Positions 20,150-30,236 of a stretch of DNA of 64,000 nt are shown piece by piece (within the stretch, counting starts at the first letter, position 1; each line of letters begins with the position of its first letter). Source of the DNA: Bordetella parapertussis (lineage in GTDB: Bacteria > Pseudomonadota > Gammaproteobacteria > Burkholderiales > SG8-41); the NCBI GenBank assembly GCA_945906935.1, contig CAMDSO010000002.1, positions 36,126-100,125 of the forward strand, in the 5' to 3' direction. The position numbers were made by a program, and so were the translations under genes. Below the pieces are notes generated by a model. That model was not told the origin of the DNA. It saw only the letters and a list, made by a program, of their open reading frames with translations, and searched no databases.

Positions 20150-21205
20150 ATGAAAAGTCAGGTGCTCTCGCACTTTGCTGCGCTTCGCAATATGGTTTTC
20201 GCCGTTGCCTGCGGCGCTCTACTGGCCGGTTGTCAGTCGATGGGCGGTAATGCTGGCCTGGATGCCGACAACACGTCTTACAAAAGAATGGTGACGCAGG
20301 GGCCGGCGACCAAGATTATCAATCCGAACGTTTATCCGGATTGCACCGCGCACAATCCGCGCATGAATATCCGCAAGAGTGCCGTCGGTCAGATTACCGC
20401 TACCGACGGCACGGTAATCACGGTGCCGGCGGATACTGCAGCGGGCAGGGGGCTGGGGCCAAAGAGCTTTGATCTTTACAACGAGTGCAACCAGGTACTG
20501 CCGGCGAATACCGCGGCGACTTCGGCCGCCAATGTGCCGGTAGTCGAGATCGATGCCGATGGCGAAGTCATCACCGGCTATATCGTTGCCGATAACTATT
20601 ACGAGATGTGGGTCAACGGCAAACTGGTGTCGGTCGACAATACGCCGTATACGCCGTTCAATTCTACGATCGTTAAGTTCAAGGTGAAGCGGCCCTACAC
20701 CATGGCATTCCTGCTGGTGGACTGGGATGAGCACCTTGGTTTGGGCATGGAACAGTTTCCGGTGCCCGTCACGCCGGCTACCAGCCAGTGGTATCCGGGC
20801 GATGGCGGTCTGATCGCCCGCTTCAGCGACGGTACCATGACCGATAGTTCGTGGAAGGCGCAGACTTTCTTTATCGCGCCGTTGATGGATCCAAAGGAAG
20901 TGGTCGAGCGCGGCAACATTCATGACACGCCCAACCTCGGCGGTCGCACGCATCCGTTTGCACGCAAGCCCAACTGTGAGGCGAAGTGCTACGCGGTGCA
21001 TTATCCGATTCCGGCCAACTGGCAGTCGTCACGTTTTAACGATAGCAACTGGCCGCGTGCCTGGGAGTTCACCGATCAGGAGATTGGCGTCACGGCACTG
21101 CCGGCTTATACGCGTTACCCGGAGTTGTTCGCCGGCGCGCGCTGGATCTGGACGCAGAATCTGGTGCTCGATAACGTGGTGATTGCGCGCAAGACGGTGC
21201 GCTGA
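20150..21205 (+). CDS. Hypothetical lipoprotein
   Basis: Lipobox LAGC; AGGAGG SD; ADNYYEMWVNG motif; own terminator downstream. Confidence 0.8.
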   Translation: MKSQVLSHFAALRNMVFAVACGALLAGCQSMGGNAGLDADNTSYKRMVTQGPATKIINPNVYPDCTAHNPRMNIRKSAVGQITATDGTVITVPADTAAGRGLGPKSFDLYNECNQVLPANTAATSAANVPVVEIDADGEVITGYIVADNYYEMWVNGKLVSVDNTPYTPFNSTIVKFKVKRPYTMAFLLVDWDEHLGLGMEQFPVPVTPATSQWYPGDGGLIARFSDGTMTDSSWKAQTFFIAPLMDPKEVVERGNIHDTPNLGGRTHPFARKPNCEAKCYAVHYPIPANWQSSRFNDSNWPRAWEFTDQEIGVTALPAYTRYPELFAGARWIWTQNLVLDNVVIARKTVR

Positions 21206-21235
21206 GGTTTGCGCTGCCGCGCTTCGCCGGCGGTT

Positions 21236-21273
21236 GAATAAAAAACGGGGCCTTGCGGCCCCGTTTTTTATTC
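21236..21273. terminator. Bidirectional Rho-independent terminator
   Basis: Perfect 17-bp inverted repeat GAATAAAAAACGGGGCC-TTGC-GGCCCCGTTTTTTATTC between convergent genes. Confidence 0.9.
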
Positions 21274-21284
21274 TTCGATCGCTT

Positions 21285-22262
21285 TTACTTCGTGCGGAAC
21301 GAGCGGTCGAGTCCGCGCAGTAGCGGCAGCATGACGTCGATGCTCGGTGTGGCGATGCCGAGTTCGCGCGCGAAGGCCTGGGTTTGTCCCATCAGCGCTT
21401 CGCATTCCATGGCGCGACCGGCCAGTGCGTCCTGCATCATCGAGGTGCGCTGACCGGGACGGCCGCGGCGTGCAGCGGCGTCGCAATCGGTTTCTGCGCG
21501 CAGGTCCCAGCCCTGTGCGGCGGCGACAGCGAGGGTTTCTTTCATCACATTGACCGAGACAGTGACAAGGCCTTCATCGGCGCCGACCTGCGCCAGATCG
21601 TTGAGGGTGATGGCGGTGACGGTGTTGCCCGAGGCGTTCAGACTGAGTTTCTGCCAGATGTCCTTGCGCAAATCGTTCGATATTTGCGCGTCCATATTGC
21701 CACGCTTGATCATGTCAACGACGGCCTGAAGGCGCGATGTGGTCGTATTGTCGGGTTCGCCGATCACCAGCTTGTGCGCGCCGTTGTGCACGATGACACC
21801 CGGCTCGACCATGTCGTTGGGCGAGAGCACCACGCAACCGAGCGCACGTTCAGCTTTGACCTCGCGCCACAACGCGCCGTCCGCATCGAGCAGTGGCAGT
21901 GTGCTCGCGCCGGCTTTGAAACCATGCTGGAACCACCATGGAATGCCGTTCAACAGAAATACTGCCACGCCGTTGGCGGCGAGCAGTTTGCCGATTGCCG
22001 GGGCGGCGGCCGAGAGTGCATGCGCTTTCACCGTCACCAGCACCACATCCTGCGGCGGCAGTGTCGACGGATCATCGGTGGCAGTTTTCGGTTGGACGTG
22101 GATTTCTTCCTTGCCGTTGGAGCGCAGCGTGAGGCCGCGTTCACGGATGGCTTTCAACATGGCGCCGCGCGCGACGATGGAAATCTCATCGGCACCGGCA
22201 TTGATTAAACGCGTGGCAATATGGCCACCGACGGCACCTGCGCCGAATATGCAGACTTTCAT
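21285..22262 (-). CDS. Ketopantoate reductase (PanE/ApbA)-family oxidoreductase
   Basis: GAGAVG, LNGIPWW, WQKLSLN, TSMMQD, E in MECE. Confidence 0.85.
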   Translation of the reverse strand: MKVCIFGAGAVGGHIATRLINAGADEISIVARGAMLKAIRERGLTLRSNGKEEIHVQPKTATDDPSTLPPQDVVLVTVKAHALSAAAPAIGKLLAANGVAVFLLNGIPWWFQHGFKAGASTLPLLDADGALWREVKAERALGCVVLSPNDMVEPGVIVHNGAHKLVIGEPDNTTTSRLQAVVDMIKRGNMDAQISNDLRKDIWQKLSLNASGNTVTAITLNDLAQVGADEGLVTVSVNVMKETLAVAAAQGWDLRAETDCDAAARRGRPGQRTSMMQDALAGRAMECEALMGQTQAFARELGIATPSIDVMLPLLRGLDRSFRTK

Positions 22263-22453
22263 GTGTGTTCCCCGATGAAGCGCGGCGCAACTGCCGCGCT
22301 GTTGATATGAAGGGCGCCATCATAGCGGTTTTCGCCGGTTGCGGCGGGCGCCGCTAGCGTCTTCTTGCCCTGCGCCGCGGGCGGTGACTATACTCGGGCG
22401 CTTTTTTTCAACCCGGCGGCAATCGTCCCCCGCCTTCATTAGCGAGCAAGCCC

Positions 22454-23419
22454 ATGCGTTCAGTTGCAATCCTGTTGTCTTTGACTGCGGCCCTCGTCAC
22501 AGTCGATGCGTTCGCCCAGGAGTGGCCGTCAAAGCCTGTGCGTATCGTGGTCGGCTTTGGTGCCGGCGGACCCGACACCACCGCGCGCATCGTGGCGCAA
22601 CAACTCACCGTGCAGACCGGCCAGTCTTTTATTGTCGACAACCGTCCGGGGGCCAACGGCATGATAGGCGCTGATCTGGTCGCCAAGTCGGTGCCCGACG
22701 GCTATACGCTGCTGGTGACCTCGGCGTCGTATGCGGTGAATCCCGCCATCTACAAGAAAATGCCCTACGACCCGCTGGGTGATCTCGAGCCGGTGTCGCA
22801 TCTGTGTTCGTCGGACGGCCACATACTGGTGGTGAATCCCTCGGTGCCGGCGCAGAACGTGAAGGAATTGATCGCACTGGCGAAAAAGCCTGAGAGCAAA
22901 ATTGCCTACGGCTCGCCCGGTATCGGCAACACCATTCATCTGACCTCGGCATTGTTTAATGCCAAAGCCGGGACCAACATGGTGCACATCCCGTACAAGG
23001 GTGCGGGGGCGGCGATGACGGCGGTGGCCGGCGGCGAAGTGCAGGTGATGTTCGTCACGCCAACGCTCGGTCTGCCTCTGATCAAGAGCGGCAAGCTGCG
23101 CGCGCTGGGCTACGATGCGCCGACGCGTGCGCCGTTTTTGCCCGAGGTGCCGACACTGGCCGAGGCCGGCGGACCCCTGACGCAAATTGATGCGAGCTGG
23201 CACGGCCTGTTTGCGCCGGCGAAAACGCCGCGTGCGGTGCTGGCGAAACTCGAAGCCGAAGTGCGTCGTGCATTCACGTTGCCTGAAGTGCGCGAGCGTT
23301 TCAGCAAACTCGGTCTCAATCCAATTGGTGGTGCGGCGGCTGATTTCAAACCCTTTGTCGCCACCGCGATCAAGCGCATGGGTGAAGCCGCGCGCGTCGC
23401 CGGGGTCGAGCCCGAATAA
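22454..23419 (+). CDS. Bug/TctC substrate-binding protein
   Basis: [29 protein letters not shown]. Confidence 0.93.
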   Translation: MRSVAILLSLTAALVTVDAFAQEWPSKPVRIVVGFGAGGPDTTARIVAQQLTVQTGQSFIVDNRPGANGMIGADLVAKSVPDGYTLLVTSASYAVNPAIYKKMPYDPLGDLEPVSHLCSSDGHILVVNPSVPAQNVKELIALAKKPESKIAYGSPGIGNTIHLTSALFNAKAGTNMVHIPYKGAGAAMTAVAGGEVQVMFVTPTLGLPLIKSGKLRALGYDAPTRAPFLPEVPTLAEAGGPLTQIDASWHGLFAPAKTPRAVLAKLEAEVRRAFTLPEVRERFSKLGLNPIGGAAADFKPFVATAIKRMGEAARVAGVEPE

Positions 23420-23493
23420 CAAAGCCGGGCTGCGGGACTGGTTGTTTTTAATGCCGTATTGATTCGATCATTTCATTAACAAGCGAGGAATCT

Positions 23494-24087
23494 ATGTCAG
23501 GATTTATCCGCCGCGTGGTCGCCGGCCACAACAAGGACGGCAAGGCTGTGGTGTTGTCCGATGCTCTGGCGCCGCATCTCAAAACCAATCCGCTGCGTCC
23601 CGGTCATCAGTCGAGTGATATCTGGAAGACCGGCGCGCTGCCGGTGATTATCAAGGCGAGTGAGGATGATCCCACTGCGCAGGGCCCGCGCACCATCCAT
23701 CCGCCCAAGGGCGGCACGGTGTTGCGCATTGCCGAACTGCAGCCCGAGTCTGAGGAGATCCGCAATCTGTCGCCGGAAAAAGCGCGCGAAGTGTTTGCCG
23801 CCGCCGGCAACGCCAATGCCGCGCAATTTGGCAAGGGCGGACGCCACCCGATGATGCACCGCACCGAGTCGCTTGATTACGCCGTCGTCCTCGAAGGCGA
23901 AATCACGCTGGTGCTCGATGATGAAGACGTCTTGCTGAAAGCTGGTGACGTGGTGATTCAGCGTGGCAACAGTCATGCCTGGAGCAATCGATCGGGCAAG
24001 GTCTGCCGTATGCTCTACGTGCTGATTGACGGCCAGTTCGACGAACAGCTTGAAGGCTGGTTCGGCAGGGATGACAGCGGGCATTGA
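23494..24087 (+). CDS. Cupin-domain protein
   Basis: MHRTESLDYAVVLEGE and GDVVIQRGNSHAWSN cupin motifs. Confidence 0.85.
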   Translation: MSGFIRRVVAGHNKDGKAVVLSDALAPHLKTNPLRPGHQSSDIWKTGALPVIIKASEDDPTAQGPRTIHPPKGGTVLRIAELQPESEEIRNLSPEKAREVFAAAGNANAAQFGKGGRHPMMHRTESLDYAVVLEGEITLVLDDEDVLLKAGDVVIQRGNSHAWSNRSGKVCRMLYVLIDGQFDEQLEGWFGRDDSGH

Positions 24088-24089
24088 TC

Positions 24090-24694
24090 ATGCGCGGGGT
24101 CTGCGCAGGCCTGTTTATCGCGGTTGCCATGCAATCCACTTGCAGCGCCGTTGCACAGAGTTAGCCGTTGCCTCCGCTGCGTGTCGTAGCCGGCGCTTCG
24201 GCCGGCGGTGGCGGTGATGTGATGGCGCGCGTGGTCGGCGGCGGACTCACACCGTTGCTCGGCCAGCAAGTCACCATCGATAACCGCCCTGGCGCGGCGA
24301 GCAATAGCGCCGCCGAGATCGTTGTCAAATCGCCCGCTGATTGCCACACGGTCTTTATGGTCAGCATCACGCATGCGGTCAACGTTTGTCTCTATCCTAA
24401 TCTGCCGTTCGATCTAAGGCGTGATTTTTCTGCAGTGATGCAACTGGCGAGTTCGCCGCGGGTGATTGTCGTGCGTCCATCGCTGGCGTCAAAACACCGA
24501 AGGATATTATGAGTGCGTTGCATCGCGCCACCGTGACGGCGCTCGGCAATACAGAGATTGCGCGGCGTTTGGGGGAACTGGGGTATGTTGTGGTCGGCGA
24601 TACGCCGGAAGAATTCATGACGTTCATTCGTAGCGGGTCGGATGCCTTGGCGACAGTGGTGAAAGTGCTGAATCTAGAGCCGGAGCAGGATTGA
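24090..24694 (+). pseudogene. Bug/TctC pseudogene
   Basis: ATG 24090 signal peptide; in-frame TAG 24162-24164; N-lobe motifs (GGGGD, DNRPGA); junction near 24490 jumps to the C-terminal KTPKDI segment in another frame. Confidence 0.85.
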
Positions 24695-24738
24695 AAGTGT
24701 CTTAATGAAACTTACATTGAAAGCGGGGGGGGAAGAGT

Positions 24739-25170
24739 ATGAAGAAAAAAGACGACAGCATGAATCGCGGCCACGATCTGCTAAAAAAAATGGGTCGTGA
24801 GGGTCTGCTCGATTCGCATAAGAGCGATTCTGCCGATCTCTACGAAATGACGGTCGGTCATCTGTTTGGCGACGTGTGGACACGCGGCAAGCTGAGTCTG
24901 CGCGAACGCCAGTTGATCACGATTGCGGCCGGTGTCGCGCTGGCGCGGCCGACCGGCAATCATTCGCATTATCACAGTGCGCTGCATATCGGCATCACCG
25001 AGGAAGAACTGGTCGAGTTGATCATTCATGTCGGCCAGTACGCGGGCTGGCCGACGATCGGGCTTGCTTTGCGCCAGTTGCATAAAGTGGTTAAGGCCGG
25101 CGGTTCGCGCAAGAACAGCAAGAACACTCCGGCGCAGATGCGCAAGTTGTCCAAAACATGGGAGCGCTGA
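24739..25170 (+). CDS. Carboxymuconolactone decarboxylase (CMD)-family protein
   Basis: FGDVWTR..LSLRERQLITIA, EELVELIIHVGQYAGWP. Confidence 0.85.
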   Translation: MKKKDDSMNRGHDLLKKMGREGLLDSHKSDSADLYEMTVGHLFGDVWTRGKLSLRERQLITIAAGVALARPTGNHSHYHSALHIGITEEELVELIIHVGQYAGWPTIGLALRQLHKVVKAGGSRKNSKNTPAQMRKLSKTWER

Positions 25171-26150
25171 AACGCATACGGAGCGTGACCGCAGCAGTGG
25201 CGTGTGCCGTCGTGCTGTATGGCGGGGTATGCGCTAATAGCGTCGATGCGCAACCGTTTCCATCGAAGCCGCTGCGTTACGTGGTCACCGGTTCGCCAGG
25301 CAGCGGTGCGGATACGCTGGGCCGTTTGATCGCTGAAAGCCTGTCGCAATCCCTCGGGCGGCAAGTCGTCGTTGAGAATCGCGCCGGTGGCGGCAGCAAT
25401 CTTGCCGCTGAAATCGTCGCGCACGCAGCAGCCGACGGCTATACGATTTTGCAGAACACGATCACGCAGGCGGTGAATGTCTCGCTGTACCGTAATCTTA
25501 ATTACGATTTGCAGCGTGATTTCACGGCTATTACCCAACTGGCGACGGGGCCCGCCGTGCTGGTGGTGCACCCGTCCCTGCCGGTCAAATCGGTGGTCGA
25601 ACTGGTCAAGCTCGCGCGGGAACGGCCCGGTGAACTGAACTACGGTTCGGGTGGTACGGGTACTTACAGTTTTCTCGCGATGGAATTGTTCAAGGGACAG
25701 GCCGCTATTAATATTCTGCACATTCCCTACAAGGGCGGCGGTGCAGCCTTAAACGCTATTCTTGCCGGTGAGACACAGGTCTATTTCGCGCCGGTCGGCG
25801 TCGCGTTGCCGAATATTCAAGGGCGCCGCATGCGCGCGCTGGCCGTTAGTAGCGCACGGCGCGTCTCGCTTACGCCTGATTTGCCCACGTTGGCCGAGGC
25901 CGGTGTCGCTGGTTACGAGTCGGGCAACTGGTACGGCATGGTGGTCCCCGCCAGGACGCCACCCGCAGTTGTCTCGGTATTGAGGGCGGCGACGCTGTCG
26001 GTATTGCGTAATGCGACTACAGTCAAGCGTATGCAGGATTTTGGCTATGTGCCTGTTGGTAACTCGGCCGATGAATTTTCTGCCTACATCAAACTCGAAG
26101 TCGAACGTCTCGGCAAAATCGTGCGCGCATTCAAGCTGCAGCCCGATTAG
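25158..26150 (+). CDS. Bug/TctC substrate-binding protein
   Basis: FPSKPLR, ENRAGGG, ADGYT, HIPYKGGG. Confidence 0.92.
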   Translation: MGALKRIRSVTAAVACAVVLYGGVCANSVDAQPFPSKPLRYVVTGSPGSGADTLGRLIAESLSQSLGRQVVVENRAGGGSNLAAEIVAHAAADGYTILQNTITQAVNVSLYRNLNYDLQRDFTAITQLATGPAVLVVHPSLPVKSVVELVKLARERPGELNYGSGGTGTYSFLAMELFKGQAAINILHIPYKGGGAALNAILAGETQVYFAPVGVALPNIQGRRMRALAVSSARRVSLTPDLPTLAEAGVAGYESGNWYGMVVPARTPPAVVSVLRAATLSVLRNATTVKRMQDFGYVPVGNSADEFSAYIKLEVERLGKIVRAFKLQPD

Positions 26151-26739
26151 CTGCTGCGTCGAGCGCCAAGACGATGGCGCGCACAATATCGTCGACACGC
26201 ATACGCGCCTGCGGTCTGGCCACCGCATCGAAGGCATAGGGGACGTGCAGGAAACCGCCGCGCCAGCGGTTGCCTTGCGCCGAGGCCAGATGCAGGAGCG
26301 CGTAGAAAACGTGATTGCAGACAAAGCTGCCGGCGCTGTTTGAAATTTCCGATGCTAGTCCGGCTTCGCGCAGCGCGGCGAGCATGGGGTTCAGCGGCAG
26401 GGTTGAAAAATAGGCCGCCGGCCCGCCTTCGATGGAGCGACTTCCTGCCGGCCGGACGCCATCGTTATCGGCGACGCGCGCGTCACAGCAGTTGATGGCG
26501 ACGCGTTCGAGACAGAGGTTATGGCGGTCACCGGCCTCGCCCACGCACAAGACGACATCCGGCGCAAAGTGTGCAATGCCCTCGGCCAGCAACAGCGGTG
26601 CGCGGGCGAATGAAGTCGGCAGCACGAGGGTCTCGAATGTCATGCCTTTGATCGCCGGCGGCAGGCGTTTGATCGCCGCCTGTGAGGCGTTGACGCGTTC
26701 GCCGCCAAAAGCGTCGAACGCCGTGACGAGGGCGCGCAT
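26131..26739 (-). CDS. pcp: Pyroglutamyl-peptidase I
   Basis: LVTAFDAFGGERVNAS, LERVAIN, AYFSTLP, SAGSFVCN, GFLHVP (Glu-Cys-His triad). Confidence 0.9.
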   Translation of the reverse strand: MRALVTAFDAFGGERVNASQAAIKRLPPAIKGMTFETLVLPTSFARAPLLLAEGIAHFAPDVVLCVGEAGDRHNLCLERVAINCCDARVADNDGVRPAGSRSIEGGPAAYFSTLPLNPMLAALREAGLASEISNSAGSFVCNHVFYALLHLASAQGNRWRGGFLHVPYAFDAVARPQARMRVDDIVRAIVLALDAAANRAAA

Positions 26740-26776
26740 ATCCGCAGCTGGTTCGCTATGGAAGGAAGCTGCGCGT

Positions 26777-27739
26777 CTAGTCGGCACGCAGTCCGGCGCT
26801 CTTGACGAGGGCGGCGATACGCGCGATGTCTTCGCGCAGCAGAATGGAGAACTCCTCTGGCGTATTGCCGACCGGCGTGCCGCCCTGCGATATAACGGTT
26901 TGACGGACTTCCGGCGTTTGCAGAATTGCGGTGATTTCTTTTTGTAGCCGCGCGGTGATCTGGCGCGGGGTTTTGGCCGGGGCAAGAAAACCGTACCAGA
27001 TGCTTGCTTCATAGCCCGGCAGTCCGGCCTCGGCGATCGTCGGCCAGTCGGGCGCGGCCTCCGAGCGCTTCAGGCTGGTAATGCCGAGTGCGCGCAGACG
27101 GTTGCCGCGGATATGCGGCTGGGAGATAAAAATATTCGGAAACAGAACCTGCACTTCGTTGCTGAGTGTGGAGGTCAGGGCCTGGGAGATGCCTTTGTAG
27201 ACGATGTGTGTGATCTGGATTTTCGCCATGTGCTTGAACAGTTCGGTGGCGAGATAGGGTGGACTGCCGTTACCGGTGGAGCCGTAGTTGAGTTTCCCCG
27301 GATTGTTTTTTGCATAGCTAATGAATTCCTGCAGATTGGCGGCCGCAATCGAGGGATGGATCACCATCACCAGCGGTGAAAGCACGGCCTGGGTCACTGG
27401 CGCGAAATCATTCAGCGTGTCGTAGGGGAGTTTGCTCATGAAGGCGGAGTTTGCAGAGAAGTTGCTGGTGGCGACTAACAGGGTGTGACCGTCGGGCGTC
27501 GCACGTGCCGCCATTTCTGTAGCCAGCACTCCGCTGGCCGCCGGCCGGTTATCCACCACCACCGACTGCCCGAGGCGTTCGGCCAGACGGGGTGCAAGCA
27601 TGCGCGCGACCAGATCAGCGCCGCCGCCGGGCGTGAACGGAACCAGCAGGCGGATCGATTTCGACGGGAACGCATCGGCCGCACCTGCGGAGGGTGCTGT
27701 GGCCAGTAGTGTAATGAGCAGAATCAACAGCATGGGCAT
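26777..27739 (-). CDS. Bug/TctC substrate-binding protein
   Basis: FPSKSIR, PFTPGGGAD, DNRPAA, PDGHTL. Confidence 0.92.
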   Translation of the reverse strand: MPMLLILLITLLATAPSAGAADAFPSKSIRLLVPFTPGGGADLVARMLAPRLAERLGQSVVVDNRPAASGVLATEMAARATPDGHTLLVATSNFSANSAFMSKLPYDTLNDFAPVTQAVLSPLVMVIHPSIAAANLQEFISYAKNNPGKLNYGSTGNGSPPYLATELFKHMAKIQITHIVYKGISQALTSTLSNEVQVLFPNIFISQPHIRGNRLRALGITSLKRSEAAPDWPTIAEAGLPGYEASIWYGFLAPAKTPRQITARLQKEITAILQTPEVRQTVISQGGTPVGNTPEEFSILLREDIARIAALVKSAGLRAD

Positions 27740-27899
27740 GACTATATCCTCGTTGACGACGGTGTTGCAGTTCGCGGCTCTGGTGTTGCGTAAAGTTGTC
27801 TCATTGTCATTGTCATTGTATTGCCCCTTTGTCAGATATTTTACGCAAACAGCGGCCACGGTCCAGATTTCAAGGCGGTGGTAGTCCACTGTATTGGGT

Positions 27900-29051
27900 T
27901 CAGCTTGTGGTCTCATTCAGTGGTGTGTTCCACGCATCGTAGCCATAGACCCAGGTCGGATCGGTAGTGTTACGCATCCAGGTGTTTTTGCGCGAACTGC
28001 CCTGAATTTCCGAGGCGCGTGGTTTGCGCGTGGCTTCGTAGCACCGCAGCGCGGCTGCCACCGCATCGCGTTCAATCCCATCCAGGCAGCGGCTGAGGAC
28101 GGCGGCGTCTTCCAGTGCAGAGGCAGCACCCTGCGCCATATAGGGCGTCATCGGGTGGCAGGCGTCGCCCAGCAGGGCGACCGGGCCTTGCGTCCAGCGC
28201 GGCAGTGGATCGCGTTCAAGCAGCGCCCATTTGTGCACGTCCGGACAGGCGCGCAGCACGGCCTGCACCTCGGGATGAAATCCCGCATAGGCTTCACGCA
28301 GTACGTTCAGATCACCCTTGGCCGACCACGATTCGGGCGTGACCCAGCCGGCGTCCTCTGGCTGGCTGGTGACGAAGTACACTTCGTCCTGTTTGGCGGT
28401 GACGTAGTAGACGACCATATGCCGGTCCGGTCCCCACCACTTGGTGCGCACTGGTGTGATACGCGTGTCCCCCATCAATGCGGCCGGGAATATCGTGCGA
28501 TAGGCAACACGGCCAGTGAAGCGCGGTTGCTCGGGCCCGAGCATGGTTTCACGGATCAGTGAGTGCACGCCATCGGCACCGATCACGACGTCGGCGGTGA
28601 CGCGCCCACCGTCCTCAAAGAGCAGGCTGGTGCGCTGTGCGCCGATATCCAGCGCGGCGAGCTTACGACCGAGGGTGACGATGCCGGCGGGGACGGCGGC
28701 GTAGATGGCGGCATGCAAGTCGGCGCGGTGCATGAACAAATAAGGTGCGCCGTAACGGGCTTCGATTTCAGCGCCGATTTTCAATTCATTGGTGACGACG
28801 CCGCTGTCCCATTCGCGGCTGATGCCCAGCGGCGACTGAAAGGCGATCTTACGCAAGGCTGTCTCGACGCCGATACGGCGCAGCACTTTCATCGCGTTGG
28901 GGGTCATTTGTATGCCAGCACCGACGCGCGCGAAGCGTGTGGCCTGTTCGTAAACACGCACGCGGTGACCGCTCTGCGAGAGCAGGACGGCGGCGGCGAG
29001 GCCGCCGATGCCGCCGCCGACGATGGCGATATCGAGAGTTGTTGCGTTCAT
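27900..29051 (-). CDS. Group A flavin monooxygenase (NicC/salicylate hydroxylase family)
   Basis: GGGIGG, GADGVHS, LLGDACHPM.PYMAQGA, KWWGPDRHMVVY. Confidence 0.88.
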   Translation of the reverse strand: MNATTLDIAIVGGGIGGLAAAVLLSQSGHRVRVYEQATRFARVGAGIQMTPNAMKVLRRIGVETALRKIAFQSPLGISREWDSGVVTNELKIGAEIEARYGAPYLFMHRADLHAAIYAAVPAGIVTLGRKLAALDIGAQRTSLLFEDGGRVTADVVIGADGVHSLIRETMLGPEQPRFTGRVAYRTIFPAALMGDTRITPVRTKWWGPDRHMVVYYVTAKQDEVYFVTSQPEDAGWVTPESWSAKGDLNVLREAYAGFHPEVQAVLRACPDVHKWALLERDPLPRWTQGPVALLGDACHPMTPYMAQGAASALEDAAVLSRCLDGIERDAVAAALRCYEATRKPRASEIQGSSRKNTWMRNTTDPTWVYGYDAWNTPLNETTS

Positions 29052-29061
29052 GGCTGTGATC

Positions 29062-30072
29062 CTATTCGATACTGATGCGGGCTGCTTCAACGACGCGCCG
29101 CCATTTCGGAATTTCGAGGCGTATATATTCTGCAAACGCCTCCGGTGTGCCGGGAGCGATATCGAGGTGCGGCAGGCGTTCACGGAAGCCGGCTTCATTG
29201 AGCACACCGCCGATTTCGCGTGACAGCAGGGCGATGATGTTAGGCGGCGTGCCAGCCGGGGCGACGATGCCAAACCAGATCGCCGCTTCGTAGCCGGGCA
29301 CACCCGATTCATGCAGCGTCGGCATGGTGGGCGCGTTGACGGTGCGTTTCAGACTGGTCACCGCGATTCCGCGCACCTTGCCGTCACGGATATAGTTAAT
29401 GCCGCCGCCCTCGAACATCATATCAACGTGGCCCGCCATGACATCAGTCATCGCCGGCGCCGAGCCGCGATACGGGATGTGCACGAGTTCAATGCCGGCC
29501 ATAGCCTTGAAGAGTTCGGCGGCCAGATGGGTTGAAGTGCCCGGCCCGCCGGAGGCGTAGGTGAAAGGGCGGGCGCGCGTTTTTGCCAGCGTGATCAGTT
29601 CTCTCACCGAGGTCGCGGCGACGCCTGGATGGACCACCAGATACAACGGTGTCGAGAAACAGAAGCTGACCGGGGCGAAATCCTTGAGTGGATCATAGGG
29701 CAGGTTTTTTTGCGCGCTGACGTTGATGGCGAGACTGGTCACGCTGCCGAAGAACAGCGTATGGCCGTCGGCCGCTGATCTGGCCGCCATTTGCGCGCCG
29801 ATCATCTGGCTGCCGCCGGGGCGGTTGTCGACGATTACCGGTTGCGTGATCCGCTCGGCGAGCCGGGTTGCCAGCGCACGCGGAAAGATATCGCCAAGGC
29901 CGCCGGGTGGATAAGGCACGATAATGCGCACCGGTCGTGCCGGGAACGGTGCTTCGGCAGCAGACACGCTCACGGCGGCCGCCGACAACAGCAATATGAG
30001 TGCACCGGCGAACTTGTGTACGTGCGTATCTTTGCGTTCGTGGCGCCGCGGCGCTGCGCAGCTTTTCAGCAT
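29062..30072 (-). CDS. Bug/TctC substrate-binding protein
   Basis: FPARPVR, PYPPGG, DNRPGG, HIPYRGS; start codon uncertain. Confidence 0.9.
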   Translation of the reverse strand: MLKSCAAPRRHERKDTHVHKFAGALILLLSAAAVSVSAAEAPFPARPVRIIVPYPPGGLGDIFPRALATRLAERITQPVIVDNRPGGSQMIGAQMAARSAADGHTLFFGSVTSLAINVSAQKNLPYDPLKDFAPVSFCFSTPLYLVVHPGVAATSVRELITLAKTRARPFTYASGGPGTSTHLAAELFKAMAGIELVHIPYRGSAPAMTDVMAGHVDMMFEGGGINYIRDGKVRGIAVTSLKRTVNAPTMPTLHESGVPGYEAAIWFGIVAPAGTPPNIIALLSREIGGVLNEAGFRERLPHLDIAPGTPEAFAEYIRLEIPKWRRVVEAARISIE

Positions 30073-30236
30073 GATGCACCCGCCATTGACGTGACTTTTC
30101 TTGAGGGTCGTACGCACGATGGTTCGATTTGCGAGCGCGGGCCCGCAGCCGGCGCGCGAGGCAGAATAAAAAATGGCACCTCTCACTCCTTGTTTGAACT
30201 GCAACTTGCAAGACGGCTCGGTGTTGCCGGATTGTC

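Noticed and set aside
24162-24164. Amber (pyrrolysine) read-through in the Bug gene
   Set aside because: The same locus has a large deletion, a frameshift and degraded motifs, so it is a pseudogene. No pyl genes are seen.
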